From Octopus vulgaris (lineage: Eukaryota): a stretch of 64,000 bases of DNA. Below are positions 27,179-39,754 of the stretch, piece after piece (the first letter of the stretch is position 1; each line of letters begins with the position of its first letter). The notes below the pieces were generated by a model. It made no database searches and was not told where the DNA came from. It was given only the letters and a program-made list of their open reading frames with translations. Location: NCBI GenBank assembly GCA_951406725.2, contig OX597822.1, positions 49,662,001 to 49,726,000 of the forward strand, in the 5' to 3' direction. The translations under genes were made by a program, and so were the position numbers.

Positions 27179-27745
27179 TGGCTGAAAAACTGTTTCTTAG
27201 CACAAGAACTGTGTGTACTTATAAATTCTAAAGGATTTCTTGTCGTTTAAACTTAGAACATACCAACCATAGCCATCCCATTCTTTCAAAAATTTCAAAT
27301 CCAGTACTACAATATCGATGTGACATTCCCTTTTCAGAAAAGGAATAGGTATTTTGAAGGCCGGCTTAATAACATTAGGTCCCTGCCTTATTGTTAAGAG
27401 CGAACTTGTTGATTGTGAAACTTCTGTGAAAAGATGTGCTATCTGCGAAGTCAGATACAGTGCATTTTTATTTTGTAAAAATTGATTTCTTTGGCACAAG
27501 AGCAACAAGTTCTGAGGAGGAGGTAAGTCGACTTTCAGTGTTCAACCGGTACGTATTTTATCGACCCCGAAAGAATTGAAAAGCAAAATCGACCTCGGCG
27601 GCATTTGAACTCAGAACGTAAAGACGTACGAAATGCCGCTAAGCATTTTGTTCAGCTCGACAACGATTCTGCTAGCTCACCGCCTTGTATTTTGTAAATA
27701 CTAAATAGTCTCACACATAACTGTACCAGAACAGTCTTTCAGCCA
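27179..27745. mobile_element. Possible MITE with imperfect TIRs, interrupted by a SINE
   Basis: tggctgaaaaactgtt (27179) and aacagtctttcagcca (27745) are inverted. Confidence 0.4.
27480..27687 (-). mobile_element. Octopus-type tRNA SINE with 11-bp TSD
   Basis: Reverse-complement SINE body; TSD tattttgtaaa at 27469-27479 and 27688-27698. Confidence 0.85.
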
Positions 27746-29399
27746 ATATACGAAGGCTACATCTTCCTTTTAACATTTATTGTCTATTACTTTACCCAAT
27801 GACTTGTATGGTAATGTCCATTAGTTAAATCATTAACTATGTCAATGACGCAAATCACTGAAAGTGGAAAGCGTGAGGTAGAGTTTGTCTCTTTTATATT
27901 GTAACACTATCCGCGCAATAGAAATAACTGAAGTTAGTTAAAATATATAACATAATAATTTAAGTAACAGATGAGTGTATTCGGCATTTTGATCTTCCGA
28001 ACTTCAAATAAATCCAAGTAACATTTCGTTAATCAATGGATTAAATTGTGCTTTAAACATTCATACCGATGTCTCTATCCAGGGAAGTATATACAAATTC
28101 CAAGCAAGAAATACCATGGCTAGGAATCAAAATCTCATTTTCGAGAAATATTAAAAATCATTTTCATAGAAAGTTATTTTATGCAAGTATCACTAAATTG
28201 GTGAATTATATCGCAGAAAGAGATACTCAGAAATAGCTGCCCTTATAAGAATTAAATTCAAAGACCTTAGATGATGCCATAGAAAAGTTGTGACGAATAT
28301 GCCTTACGCAATGTTCTCAGTATTGGTTAGATTAATAATGAGTTCTTTTGACTGGATAAGCCAGTAGTGTTTTCGTGCTGGTTTCTGTTGATAAATGAGT
28401 CACAACTGAACGTGCCGTAAATCTGCAGAAATCAATAGAGTTGATTACATCTAAGAATAGAGAAAATGCTAGTATTGATAAAATGTAAAGTTTTATAAAG
28501 ACCACCACAATGTTCCGAAAGTGGTATCAATAGAGTTAATAAGTTTATTTCTTTCATATCAATCGAAATTTATTCGCGGATATTTTTAAGTTGTGTTTCT
28601 CGAATTAAGTTAAATTTCTTCGTTTATTTTCATCAGAAGAGGAAAAAATATGTAAAGAAGAAAAATGCAGGTTGGTAGAATGTTTACTTTAAATACTTCT
28701 CATCTTTATTATATTTATTATCATATTCAGAATTCTCCTAATCGTCGTTTCTTCTTCTTCTTCTTAAAAATATTCCCGCTGATAGCTCCATTATGCATTT
28801 TGTAAGATATTTTAATCGAACGAAAAACGCGTCATAATTTATTTTGAAACTGAAGCACTACACACGAACATAAAACAAAAAAAAAGTAAGATAAAACAAA
28901 ATGCAGGGATTATTTGCGAAAATAGCTATAAAGGTGACATGAAAGAACATTTCAAAATATCGAGTAACAGCCAGATAATTTTAGCAGGTCCCTGTATGTG
29001 GGCTTTCAATATGAGATGTTAGCATGCCATTAGATATTCTGGATGTTTTTCATTAGCTTGTTGAGTTAATTTGAAGAAATATTTTACCAAATAATATTAT
29101 CATTGCCACTATTTTTGTTTCTTATAATACGCCTAATCCTTAAATATTCCTATTTTCATCCACAACACTAAAAATAATTTCAAGTATAGCCATCAAGTAT
29201 GTAACTGTAAGACAGAATTTAAAGTGTTTGATTTATTTCCTTAAATTCAACAGCAATAGAAGGGAATATAAAAACTGCGTTTACCCAATGTACCCAGATA
29301 AGGTAGAACTTCGTTAACTTGCTTCACATTTGCTTGATGACCTTATTTAAATGATCTGTGAAACTGTATACATGCATACATATACATACATACAAACAT

Positions 29400-29856
29400 T
29401 CTCAACATTCGTCGATTTTGTCAGAGGATTTACAGTACTGCACAGGGTCCTGGCAGTGTCAACGGAAGTAGAGATAGGGAAAGGGAAAAGGAAAAGCCAT
29501 AAATCTTGTATTGCTCTTCAAGAAAATAGGGCTTCAAAATACCGAGTTTCTCACGGACAAGAAAAGAGATAAAAAAAAGGTTGCAGCAGTACTCTGCTTA
29601 TATATCTGTGCACATATTTCAATGTTGTGTATGCCATAATGTCTGCCAATCTAACAGAAGCCTCAAAAGCCATTTTAAGATCCACAAAGATCAGAACTTA
29701 TCTGCAGCCCTTAGTGGTCCAAATCAAATATGCAATCTATATGGGTGTCTTTTCAATATATTGTCTAGTTTGAAAAGCCACATCAGACACCATGATGGAT
29801 CTAAGATGTAAGTACAAGAGGTGGTCAAACTCTGCACAAGGAGTAGACAACCACCA
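29400..29856 (+). mobile_element. 3' fragment of an RTE-like LINE with two C2H2 fingers and (ATGT)n tail
   Basis: FQCCVCHNVCQSNRSLKSHFKIH and ICNLYGCLFNILSSLKSHIRHH, a short 3' UTR (gtggtcaaactc...gagtagacaaccacc), then (ATGT)n. Same layout as the RTE 3' end at 33840-33960. Confidence 0.6.
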
Positions 29857-30182
29857 TGTATGTATGTGTGTATGTATGTATGTATGTAAAGTATGTATGT
29901 ATGTGTGCATGTATGTATGTATTTATGTATGCATGTATGCATGTCTGTATGCATATATGTATGCATGTATGCATGTCATTATTCAGTTTATTTCAAGATT
30001 TCTTGCCAATAGAAAAAGAACCAGTTTCTAACATACATCGAAGGCTCCTTCATTGGAATTTCAACACCAACAGAGTATGTATTTTGTATGTATGTATGTA
30101 TGCATGTATGTATGCATGCATGTATGTTTGTATGTTTGTTTGTATGTATGTATGTATGTCAGGTCTCCGCTTGGAGCTACTG

Positions 30183-30239
30183 GTAACATGTAACCCAGTA
30201 CAACCTGTTACATGGTCGGGTCGTTGGCGACTAAACTGG
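30183..30239 (+). ncRNA. Candidate HDV-like ribozyme in RTE 5' UTR
   Basis: Order P1(..CAUG)-UAAC-P2(CCAGU)-[ACAACCUGUUA]-P1'(CAUGGUC)-GG-P4(UCG-uugg-CGA)-CUAA-P2'(ACUGG). P1 5' strand and P3/L3 are imperfect. Confidence 0.45.
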
Positions 30240-30887
30240 CAACCCCACCAAGATTTCTTGGTGAGGAGGGTGATTTGGACACCCAGCAGGACTAAAAACA
30301 AAACCTGTCAAAGGGGAGAGGAACTCTCACATGAGTCAATGGCCATCCAAAAACCTACATAAAACCGGAGTGGAGCCCCTAAGGCGGTTGGATTGCGCCA
30401 TGCGTGCCACCTTCCGGCAGCTCCTGCATCCTGGTCTACCCCCAGCCGTCTTGATTTTGTCTTGCCACTGGATCCGGCGCAACAGGACGAGAGAGTGAGG
30501 TTGATCCTGCGCATGTCACCCTCACTATAATCCAAGTCACGCGCACGTCATGACATCATGACACCAACATCACAAAGTCCTGTGGCGATGGGGAAACGGC
30601 GAAGTAGCAGGTGAGGATACACTGGGAGCTGCAATCGTGAACCCACACACAGACGGCTCAGGACATGTGGTCGTCCCTCACTGAACCGAGGCAGCAGTGG
30701 AGTCCGGCAGCCTCCTGAGTGACCGAGCAGCCCTCTTCAGGATCGCTCTGCTCGCCTCCGCACCATGAGGATGGGGCTAGAAAAGGTTGACCTAAACATA
30801 GCCTGCCTCACCTCACCCTGGTCAGCAAACCGCGGCTGGCGGGGATCCTTTCCAAGCGGTCGAAACAAAGAAAGAAAACGAACAAAG

Positions 30888-33800
30888 ATGCTCCCTTTCG
30901 CAACTTGGAACGTGAGAACTCTGCTTGCACTTTCTTCTGGAGTGGACGCAGTAGCGAAGAGCGTCGTGAGGCTGGTGTTGGTTTTGCCATCAAGTCAGTA
31001 CACGTGCGGAAATTGGAAAGCTCCCCCGAGGGTATCAACTATCGGCTGATGAAAATGCAGCTCCCACTTGGAAACAAGACTAATCAACCATCATCAGCGC
31101 TTACGCCCCCACCATGACCAACCCTGAAGAAGTTAAGGACAGGTTCTATGAGGAACTCGACTCCGTCATCACGTCAGCCCAGCCTGGGAAGCTCATCCTC
31201 CATGGGGACTTTAACGCCCGTGTCGGGACTGACCACCAAGCCTGGTATCGCGTACTGGGAAAGCAAGGAATCAGAAAGTGCATCAACAACGGGCAGCTCC
31301 TCCTGCGGGCGTACGCCTCTCATGATCTTACCATCGCCAACACCTTGTTCCGTCTGCCAACACGCAACAAGACATCATGGATGCATCCACGTTCCAAACA
31401 CTGGCATCTGATAGATTACGTCATCGTCAGGGCGAAAGACAGGCGGGACGTCAGACTGGTCAAAGCCATGTGTGGAGCTGATTGTTGGACGGACTATCGC
31501 CTCATCATCTTCAGGATGGATTTCTACATCCAACCTAAGAGAAGACCACAGGGTCAGAAAGTGACGAGGAAGCTTAACCTCACGAAATTAAAGAACCAGC
31601 TGACTGCACAAGATCTCCAGTCACATATGGACAGCAAGCTGTTGGACATTCAGAGTGACCAGTCCAGCATCGATGAGCAGTGGGAATCATTCAGGGATAC
31701 GGTTCATTCCATCACCCTTGAAACTCTAGGCCAAGTTACGAGGCTTAACCAGGACTGGTTCGACGAAAACGACCAGGAAATCCAAAAGCTCCTGGAAGAG
31801 AAACGCCGTCTGCTGCGGGCCCACCAAAATGACAACACCTGCACGGCAAAGAAGGCTGCTTACAACAACATTCACAGCACAGTCCAGGTAAAACTCCGCC
31901 TCATGCAAGACGCATGATTAAGCGCCAAGGCGGATGAGATTCAGGGATACGCAGACAAACACGACACCAATAATTTCTACGAGGCGCTGAAAGATGTCTA
32001 TGGACCGCAGTCCTCCTTTCGATCAACCCCCCTGCTCAGCTCGGATGGAACCTCACTCCCGACTAACAAGAGGCTGATCCTGGAGAGATGGGCGGAGCAT
32101 TTCAACATCGTGCTCAACCGACCAGCCCAGATCAACGAGGAAGCCATCGCACGACTCCCCCAGGTGCCGACAAACCACGAGCTGGCTGTTCCCCCTGCAG
32201 TCGAATAAGTGAGCAGGGCCATCAAAAAAATGTCCACCGGCAAAGCTCCAGGCTCTGACGCCATCCCTGCGGAGGTGTTCAATTCGGGCGGTCCCAGCAT
32301 GATCAGTCAGCTCACCAGCCTGTTCCAGTCGATGTGGGACAGGGAACAACTCCCTCAAGATTTCCGGGACGTAACAATCGTCCACATTTATAAGTGGAAA
32401 GGAGATCGGCAATCCTGCGACAACCACCGAGGAATCTTCCTCTTGTCCATAGCAGGCAAGATCCTGGCCGAGTCCTGCTTGACCGCCTTCTGGAACACTT
32501 GGAGCGAGACCTTCTCCCTGAGAGCCAGTGTGGCTTCCGTGCGGGTCGAGGGACCACTGACATGATATTCGCCTCCCGCCAGCTCCAGGAGAAATGCATG
32601 GAGCAGCACCTTGACCTCTGCATGACCTTTGTTGACCTCATCAGGGCTTTCGATACAGTCAGTCGGGAGGGACTCTGGAAGGTCATGGGAAAATTTGGTT
32701 GCCCCAGCAAATTTATTGCAATTGCCAGTTCCACGACGGAATGACAGCCAGAGTCCTTGAAGACGGCACCTCATATGAAGTCTTCCAGGTGACCAACGGA
32801 GTCAGGCAGGGTTGTGTCCTGGCCCTAACACTGTTCAGCATCATGTTCTCGGCAATGCTGTCCGACGCCTTCAGGGACTGCAAGTCCGGTATCGACATCA
32901 AGTACAGGACGGCCGAGAAATTTTTCAACTCCAGAAGATTGCAGGCCGTCACAAAGGTTAGGGAAACAGTCGTCAGAGACTTTCTCTTTGCTGACGACTG
33001 CGCCCTTAACGCAATCGATGAGCAGGAGATGCAGCTCGGGATGGACAGGTTCTCATCAGCCTGTGACAACTTCGGTCTCACCATCAGTGCCAAGAAAACC
33101 GAAGTGATGTTTCAGCCAGCCTCCGGCAAACAATACCATGAGCCTCAGATAAAGGTGAACGGTCGGATCCTACGAGTGGTGGAAAACTTCACCTACCTGG
33201 GCAGCACTCTCTCCTGCAATGCCAACACAGATGCTGAAATCATCAACAGAATCTCCAAGGCAAGCAGCGCGTTTGGGAGACTGCGAAAGAAAGTCTGGGA
33301 GCGGAGAGGAATCAGCCTCAACACCAAGCTGAAAGTCTACCGGGCAGTCGTGCTTACCACCCTACTATACGTCTGCGAGACGTGGACTGCTTACCGAAGG
33401 CACGAGCGCCAGATGAACAACTTCCACCTCAGGTGTCTTCGGAACCTCCTTCACATCCGCTGGCAGGACAAAGTCCCAGACACGGAAGTTCTGAAGCAGG
33501 CAGATTTCCCTAGCATTATCACGATCATGCGCAAGGCTCAGCTGAGATGGGCAGGACACGTCTCCCGCATATCCGACACTCGCATCCCAAAACAGCTCTT
33601 CTACGGTGAACTCAGCCAGGGCAAACGCAAAGTCGGAGGGCAGAAGAAGCGCCCTCAAAGACTTCTCCATCGGCACAGAGACCTGGGAGACACTTGCTGC
33701 CGAGCGCTCATCCTGGCGCAGCGCAATCACCACAGGAGCAAAGACAGCCGAGGAGAGACGGATTCAGTCAGCAGAACAGAAACGCCAGATGCGGAAAGCC

Positions 33801-33923
33801 AGAGCCACCTGCACCAATAGCACAGCCCCTACCCACTTCTGCCCCACCTGTGGGAGGGGCTTTCTTGCCCGGATTGGCCTCACCATCCACCTTCGGTCTC
33901 ATAGCAGCAATTCCACCAAATAA
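30888..33923 (+). pseudogene. RTE ORF (endonuclease-reverse transcriptase) with deletion, stops and frameshifts
   Basis: Deletion after RTLL (about 30927), premature TGA at 31915 and TAA at 32206, frameshifts near 31090, 32470, 32725 and 33650. Confidence 0.92.
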
Positions 33924-34243
33924 TGTCAATGGTCATCTTCGAACCCGAAGGACGAACATAATGTATGTATGTATGTATGTATGTATGTATGTATGTATGT
34001 ATGTATGTATGTATGTATGTATGTATGTATGTATGTGCAGATTTTTATGTTTTCTGTATGTTTTCTCAAGCATATAGTTACATATATAGACATGCTCATA
34101 TATATTGAAATGATAAACTGGAAGGTTTTACAGATTTTTACAGTTTCAGTGATGGATTGGGTCTGTAGTCTTCGAATTAGCTTTCTCCTTTCTGGTTTTG
34201 GGAAGCCCAATTTCTCACGATTGGTATTTAGGCAGTGTGTTAC

Positions 34244-34274
<31 letters not shown>

Positions 34275-34355
34275 TGCATGTATGTATGTATGTATGTATG
34301 TATGTATGTATGTATGTATGTATGTATGTATGTATGTATGTATGTATGTATACAT

Positions 34356-35706
34356 CAGTGGCGTGCAATGAATTTTCTTGCACCCCCCCGGCAATTTTTC
34401 AGTAAAAAAATTTTCGAATTCCTACGATTTACACATGGGAGATTCTGAATATGCAATCACCCCCGTATGACCTAGAATTAAAAAAAAGCGTCGCCCCGGT
34501 ACTACGACTATCTAGCAAAGTAAATAAATGTTTTAAACAAAATATAAAAAACACAAAAACACAAAGTAAATAATGTCTTAAACAAAGTAAATAAAACACA
34601 AAAACACAAAGTAAGGATCGACTAGTCACGACTAGCTGGCGTGGATGCTCGGGTGCGCGCACCGGGACCACTCTTCCTAAATAGTACCCTTGATTTTTAA
34701 ATCGTTTGCAATACTCATCAAATTTGTTGAAATTCGAAAGTTCCATGAATTTAAACTCTTCTAAGGATGAATATCGTGCTTTTATTTGGTCAACAATTGT
34801 ACTAATAATTTTGTTATAAATCATTTTATAATGTCGTTGGGGCTCAATATATACTCTGAATTCCGATTCCTGCATCGACTCCATATTTTTCCCTTAATAT
34901 ATAAAAGATTGAAAAATTATCAAGTTTGTTTTCGAATACAGTTCTAGTTTTATCTATTTGATCTTTACAATACACTATGTCATGACTTTTACTCTGGAGG
35001 ATGTTAACGAAAAAATCTCACTGAATACTTCTAACAAAAATAAGAAATCAGGAGCTTTTAAAGTGTGTAAGAATCCAATTGCTGAATTTATGGTGGTATC
35101 ATCCCATGCTTCAGGATTTTCAATGATGTACTCAAAAAGGATGATTATGAAATTATAATTTTCCTTTGTGGTAATAATAAGCCGTGAGGAGTAATTCCAT
35201 TGCTGTTGCCTTCGAAAATCTTTTTTGTAACAATGTTATCTAATGCATTAGCCCTTTTCGGTGTTGGTCTCCCACCATTTATAATTAATTATTTTCCATC
35301 GAAGACTCTTTTCGAAAAACTATTTCTCAAAATATCGTTTATAACACACATTTCACTCATTTCGTAAAAGGCTGTTCTTATATACGAACACACATGGAAG
35401 CGCCGGCGTAAATTGTAAGTCAATTTCAAAAAGAGACAGAGAGTGGGTATCATGCAGTCACCTCATAGCATGACATGCCACTGAGAGAGAGAGGAAGGGG
35501 GTACAAAATATTATGAACGACCTTTCCTCCTAGCATCTGTTTTATCAAGTCACTAAGAGAGAGAGAGGAAGGATGGACAAACTAAGAGACAGAGAGGGAG
35601 GTCATGCGGGTCTTCCCGCAGCATGACGAGCCACTAAAAGAAAGAGGAAGGGGGTAAAAATATTTCAAATGCCCTATCCTCTTAGCATGTCTTTTAAACA
35701 AGTCAC

Positions 35707-35743
<37 letters not shown>

Positions 35744-35980
35744 GGAAGGACAAACTGAGACAGAAAGGGAGTGTCTGACATGCTGGTCTTGTCAATGCAT
35801 GACTTCTAAAAGCAGAAGTAAAGTCACTGAGAGAGAAGGGGAGACAAAATATTTCCAAAACAACTGGACGGATTTTCTTTGAAACAAAGTAACTATTTTA
35901 TCTAATTTTCCGATCATATGGAAAAAAATATCACAGGGCATGCAACGCATACCTTGCATAACTGAGAGTGCACGCCCCTG
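34356..35980 (-). mobile_element. Internally deleted hAT DNA transposon inserted in (TATG)n
   Basis: TIRs cagtggcgtgca / tgcacgcccctg; flanks gtatacat / gtatgtat; minus-strand remnant YNKIISTIVDQIKARYSSLEEFKF; subterminal ~155-bp repeats at 35432-35850. Confidence 0.7.
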
Positions 35981-36044
35981 GTATGTATGTATGTATGTAT
36001 GTATGTATGTATGTATGTATGTATGTATGTATGTATGTATGCTT

Positions 36045-36700
36045 GTCATTATTCAGTTTATTTCTTGTGAAGGAGCTTCTGTGATGTTTACTGCTCTTTC
36101 ACTCATGTCTCTGTATATTGATTCCTGGTTGCGGTTAATTATTTTCTTTACTGTTCTTCTCTCGATTATTCTCTTCTGATATAGGAAGTTTTTTCACTGA
36201 CAGCTTTTAGCTCCTGCTTGCGAATAATCGGTTTGCAAGTGAGTGCCCTCTTTTTACTGTCTCCAAATATTATTTCTATCTCCCTTACGTTCTGTTGGTG
36301 GGATGTATAGTGATTTGCTTGTTTGCATGCAATAAGCATCAATTACATGATTGATGGCTTTCCATAAATCAGTTGTCTTTCTCTCTGTTTTCAAAAAGGC
36401 ATGATCGTACTTTCTTTGTTATTTCTTTGTTATTTCAGTTTTACTTTTTGAATATCATTCATATACTGTTGTACAGTAAGTAACCTGAGCATATAGACAG
36501 GCGTTAATCTGCCAGAATGTGGGTTCATCACACTGCTGTAAATACTCATTACCAGTATCGTTTACAACTTTTAATACCGTATCTGAGTTTTTTTTACTTA
36601 TTCTGGTAGAGAATAATCTCTCCTCGAGAGGATACTTTAAAGCTAAAGTTATTTTTTCCCGGAAAAATTCAGTAAGAGCGCATTTCACCGGCATATAATC
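36045..36700 (-). mobile_element. R4/Dong-like element, internally deleted (3' terminus fused to upstream ORF part)
   Basis: Begins with the same terminus (gtcattattcagtttatttc) next to (TATG)n. Minus-strand ORF fragment ...EYLQQCDEPTFWQINACLYA. Confidence 0.55.
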
Positions 36701-37049
36701 CTAACTACACCTACTACTACAATAACATGCTGCTTTTGTTAGTTTTCGTATTTTCTGTGTATTATTTTAACTTCATCCCACAGGGGCAGGTAGTCTCCAT
36801 TTTGACATACATGATCAGCTGTACCCGATTTATCAATATTTCCTCGTGTCACAGCTTTGCGATGTTCCTCTACCTTTATATCCGTCAAATGTAAATAACG
36901 TAAATACTGTACATAATTCCTCCTCTCTCAAATATAGGACTGTATGCACATAAATGTACACACAAATGATGTGTATTACTATAAAGATTCATGACTCACA
37001 CACTGATACATGACTCCCACATTGACGCAGACGCGCATATATTTAATCT

Positions 37050-37440
37050 TTTATATTTTATGTCTTTCGTTCACTGGACTACGGCTATGTTGGCGAATCA
37101 CCTTAAAATTTTCATGAGAGAAAGCGAGTCGAATACTTATTTTAAAATCTGGTTCTAATTCTACGTGTGTCTGTTACTGAATCGCTAGGTTTTTGTTGCA
37201 CAAAGAAACCATCACTGATCGTCAAAGGTAGAGGGGAACACAGATGTCACACACGTGTGCTTCATATCTTCCCTTTTAGCATTATATTTGTTTCAGTCTT
37301 TGGACTGCGGCCATGCTGGGATTCTGCTTTGATTAGTTTAGTCTTATAATTTCTTTTTATACCTGGTACTTATTCTATTGTATATATGTATTATTACTGT
37401 ACCGCCAAGTTATTTGGATTTAAACAAATCAACAGATATT
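37050..37440 (-). mobile_element. Two degenerate 3' fragments of the second octopus SINE family
   Basis: tgtttcagtctttggactgcggccatgctgg is the reverse complement of the 3' end of the SINE at 57449. Confidence 0.65.
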
Positions 37441-37690
37441 GATACGTGTGCACAAAAACCTAGAGCTAGTTCCCATCTACCAAATTCATTTATAACCGAG
37501 AAACGAGAAACCGGAGATAGAGAGACAGAGGGAATGAGAAAGTGAAAGAGAAAAAAAATGATAGAATGTGACTGAAAGAGAGAGGGACAGGTGGGGAAGG
37601 AGTAGAGAGTAAACTGCCTATGATATATAGCTGAACTATATGTAATATTCTGGGCTGAAAAGTAATTGCGCAAATGTTCCTTTCCCAAAT

Positions 37691-38700
37691 CACATTAGGA
37701 CAGCAACAAACTTTAGCTTCAGATTAATGATAAACTCCATATAGAGTTTAGGCTAATAAAAAAAAAGATTCTCTGTTGTTAAGAAATATTCACCTCAACT
37801 AGGGCTTTTTTGATACACAAAATGTCATGATTTTAAGATACTGGATCCATAGTAATCCATTGTTTTTCCAATAAAACTAATTATGGGGGACAAGGCATAG
37901 CATACAAACGTAGATAGAAATTACCTTTATCTTCTTTTTTTAAAAACACAAGAACTTTTACATTCTACTGAATAATTTTGTGTTTGTGATTTTCTTTGAG
38001 TGTTGAACCTAAGGAAAATCCGGATCCAAATTCCAGCAATAATCCACCATTATATGCAAGTTCCATCCGACTTGATACCTTTCATGTCCTAATGGAAGCA
38101 TTCTCCTTGCTCTTCATTTGTGTCTCCAAAACTTCAAAGAAATATATGAAGGTAAATGATGAGATAATGCATCTTTATGCTCATATTTGCTCCCAACTTT
38201 TCAAAGTTCCCGAAGACATTGTCGACTATTTCAACATATTTGGCTCCTTCTTTGTTGTCCAGAAAGTCATTTACAACTATTAAATATGAATTATGTGCGA
38301 CTGCCTCGATGCAGTTCATTGAATTAACAAAGGTACCATCTTTTTGTGGATTCAGTCCCAGCTTTTCAAGTTTCAATGATAACACTGAGAAATGGTCTAT
38401 TGTTATCCAGAGCTTTAACAAGCTGCATAACAATGCCAGGTTGGATACAGAGTGGCAGTAGAGTGATTTTTCCCGGTTGAACTAAAGACAATCGAAATAC
38501 ATTAAAATACCGTGGCGCTCATTCTTTCATTACCATATATTTTCTACTTTTCCATGTCTCTAAAGAAGCATGGACAATTGGTGCATCCACTGTGTTGCCC
38601 CAGGAGAAAATTGACCGTCTTTAAATTCACGTATATCACCCAATGATGATTGGGTTGAGGTTGATAACTTGATGATAAAAATGGACTCCATTTTTGTCCT
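37691..38700 (-). mobile_element. Chapaev3-like transposase remnant, C-terminal half with right end
   Basis: HWVIYVNLKTVNFLLGQHSGCTNCPCF, FEKLGANMSIKMHYL, GDTNEEQGECFH. Terminus cac...caacaaacttta resembles that at 63600. Confidence 0.75.
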
Positions 38701-39373
38701 CTCTAGTTTATTATTTCCCCTCTCTTTCAATTAACATCTCTCTTTGTTTCATATTCATTTAATTATCCAATCACGCGCGTGCGACATATACAAAATATAT
38801 ATGTAGGTGAATGATAATCAGATAATATTGCTTTCCTTTGTCTTCTTCAAGGACTGGGCAGTCTAACGTGTTCCACCTTCTAAGTTTGTAAAGTATGATT
38901 TGACGTGAAAGGTTGATTGGCGGTATATTGAAACCGAGTCAAGCACTCGGCGTATCTTTAGTTTTAACGTATCCGCTAATAAGTAACACGTGATGGTTGC
39001 TGTTGATTCTTAAACAAAACAAAACATAACAAAAACAGAAAAACAAAACACACAAAAAACTGAAATCAGTCCTGACAAAATCACGTCCAACATAAATTTG
39101 TCCTAAGCAAATGTTCTACACTTGTAATTGTAGACATTCCAACACACACACAGGCGCGCGTGCATGTGCATACAAACACGCACACAGACACATAGACACA
39201 CAGATACAAACACACACACATATTTGTATATACGCAGACACTTGACACGTTCCTTTTACATAAAATAAATTGCACATGGTTTAAAAATACGCAATACAGT
39301 AGCAGGTGTATTAGAATAACCAGTAGTAGAGGTAGTAGTAATTACTAAGTAGTAATTAGTAATTAGAGTTAAG

Positions 39374-39465
39374 TCCTATTTCTTTACTTCCCACAAGGGG
39401 CTAAACACAGAGAGGACAAACAAGGACAGACAAACGGATTAAGTCGATTATATCGACCCCAGTTC
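39374..39465 (-). mobile_element. Octopus-type SINE 3' fragment
   Basis: cctattctttacttcccacaaggggctaaacacagagaggac-type SINE tail, reverse strand. Confidence 0.8.
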
Positions 39466-39510
39466 GTAATTGGTTCGTATATCGTAATTGGTTCGTATAT
39501 ATAATGGTTC

Positions 39511-39546
<36 letters not shown>

Positions 39547-39679
39547 ATGTGTGTGTTTTTTGTGTATTTGTGTGTGTGTGTGTGTGAGAGAGAGGGGTGG
39601 GTGGGTGAAAGTGTAATTTTTATTTATTTTTTCTCGCATCTTTTTCAGTGAAAGTGTGTGAGTAATTGACCCATACAGA

Positions 39680-39754
<75 letters not shown>

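Larger units (their letters stand above)
30159..33960 (+). mobile_element. Near-full-length RTE/BovB-type LINE (5' UTR, APE endonuclease, RT, C-terminal C2H2), inactivated
   Basis: ATWNVRTLL, TFFWSGR, GVGFAI, GDFNARVG, WMHPRSKHWHLIDY, GKAPGSDAIPAE, ESQCGFR, FVDL.RAFDTV, GVRQGCVL, FLFADDCAL (FADD at 32987-32998), QLRWAGHV, CPTCGRGFLARIGLTIHLRSH. 3' UTR hairpin cttcg-aacc-cgaag followed by (ATGT)n. Confidence 0.96.
29975..34247 (-). mobile_element. R4/Dong-like 3' end in (TATG)n, split by the RTE insertion (parts 29975-~30090 and 34035-34247)
   Basis: Minus-strand YVTHCLNTNREKLGFPKPERRKLIRRLQTQSITETVKICKTF is an RLE-element C-terminus. Both parts align collinearly with the uninterrupted copy at 40944-41275. 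Confidence 0.75.

Noticed and set aside
31726-33733. Several long antisense ORFs over the RTE
   Set aside because: Shadow ORFs expected opposite a GC-rich coding sequence.
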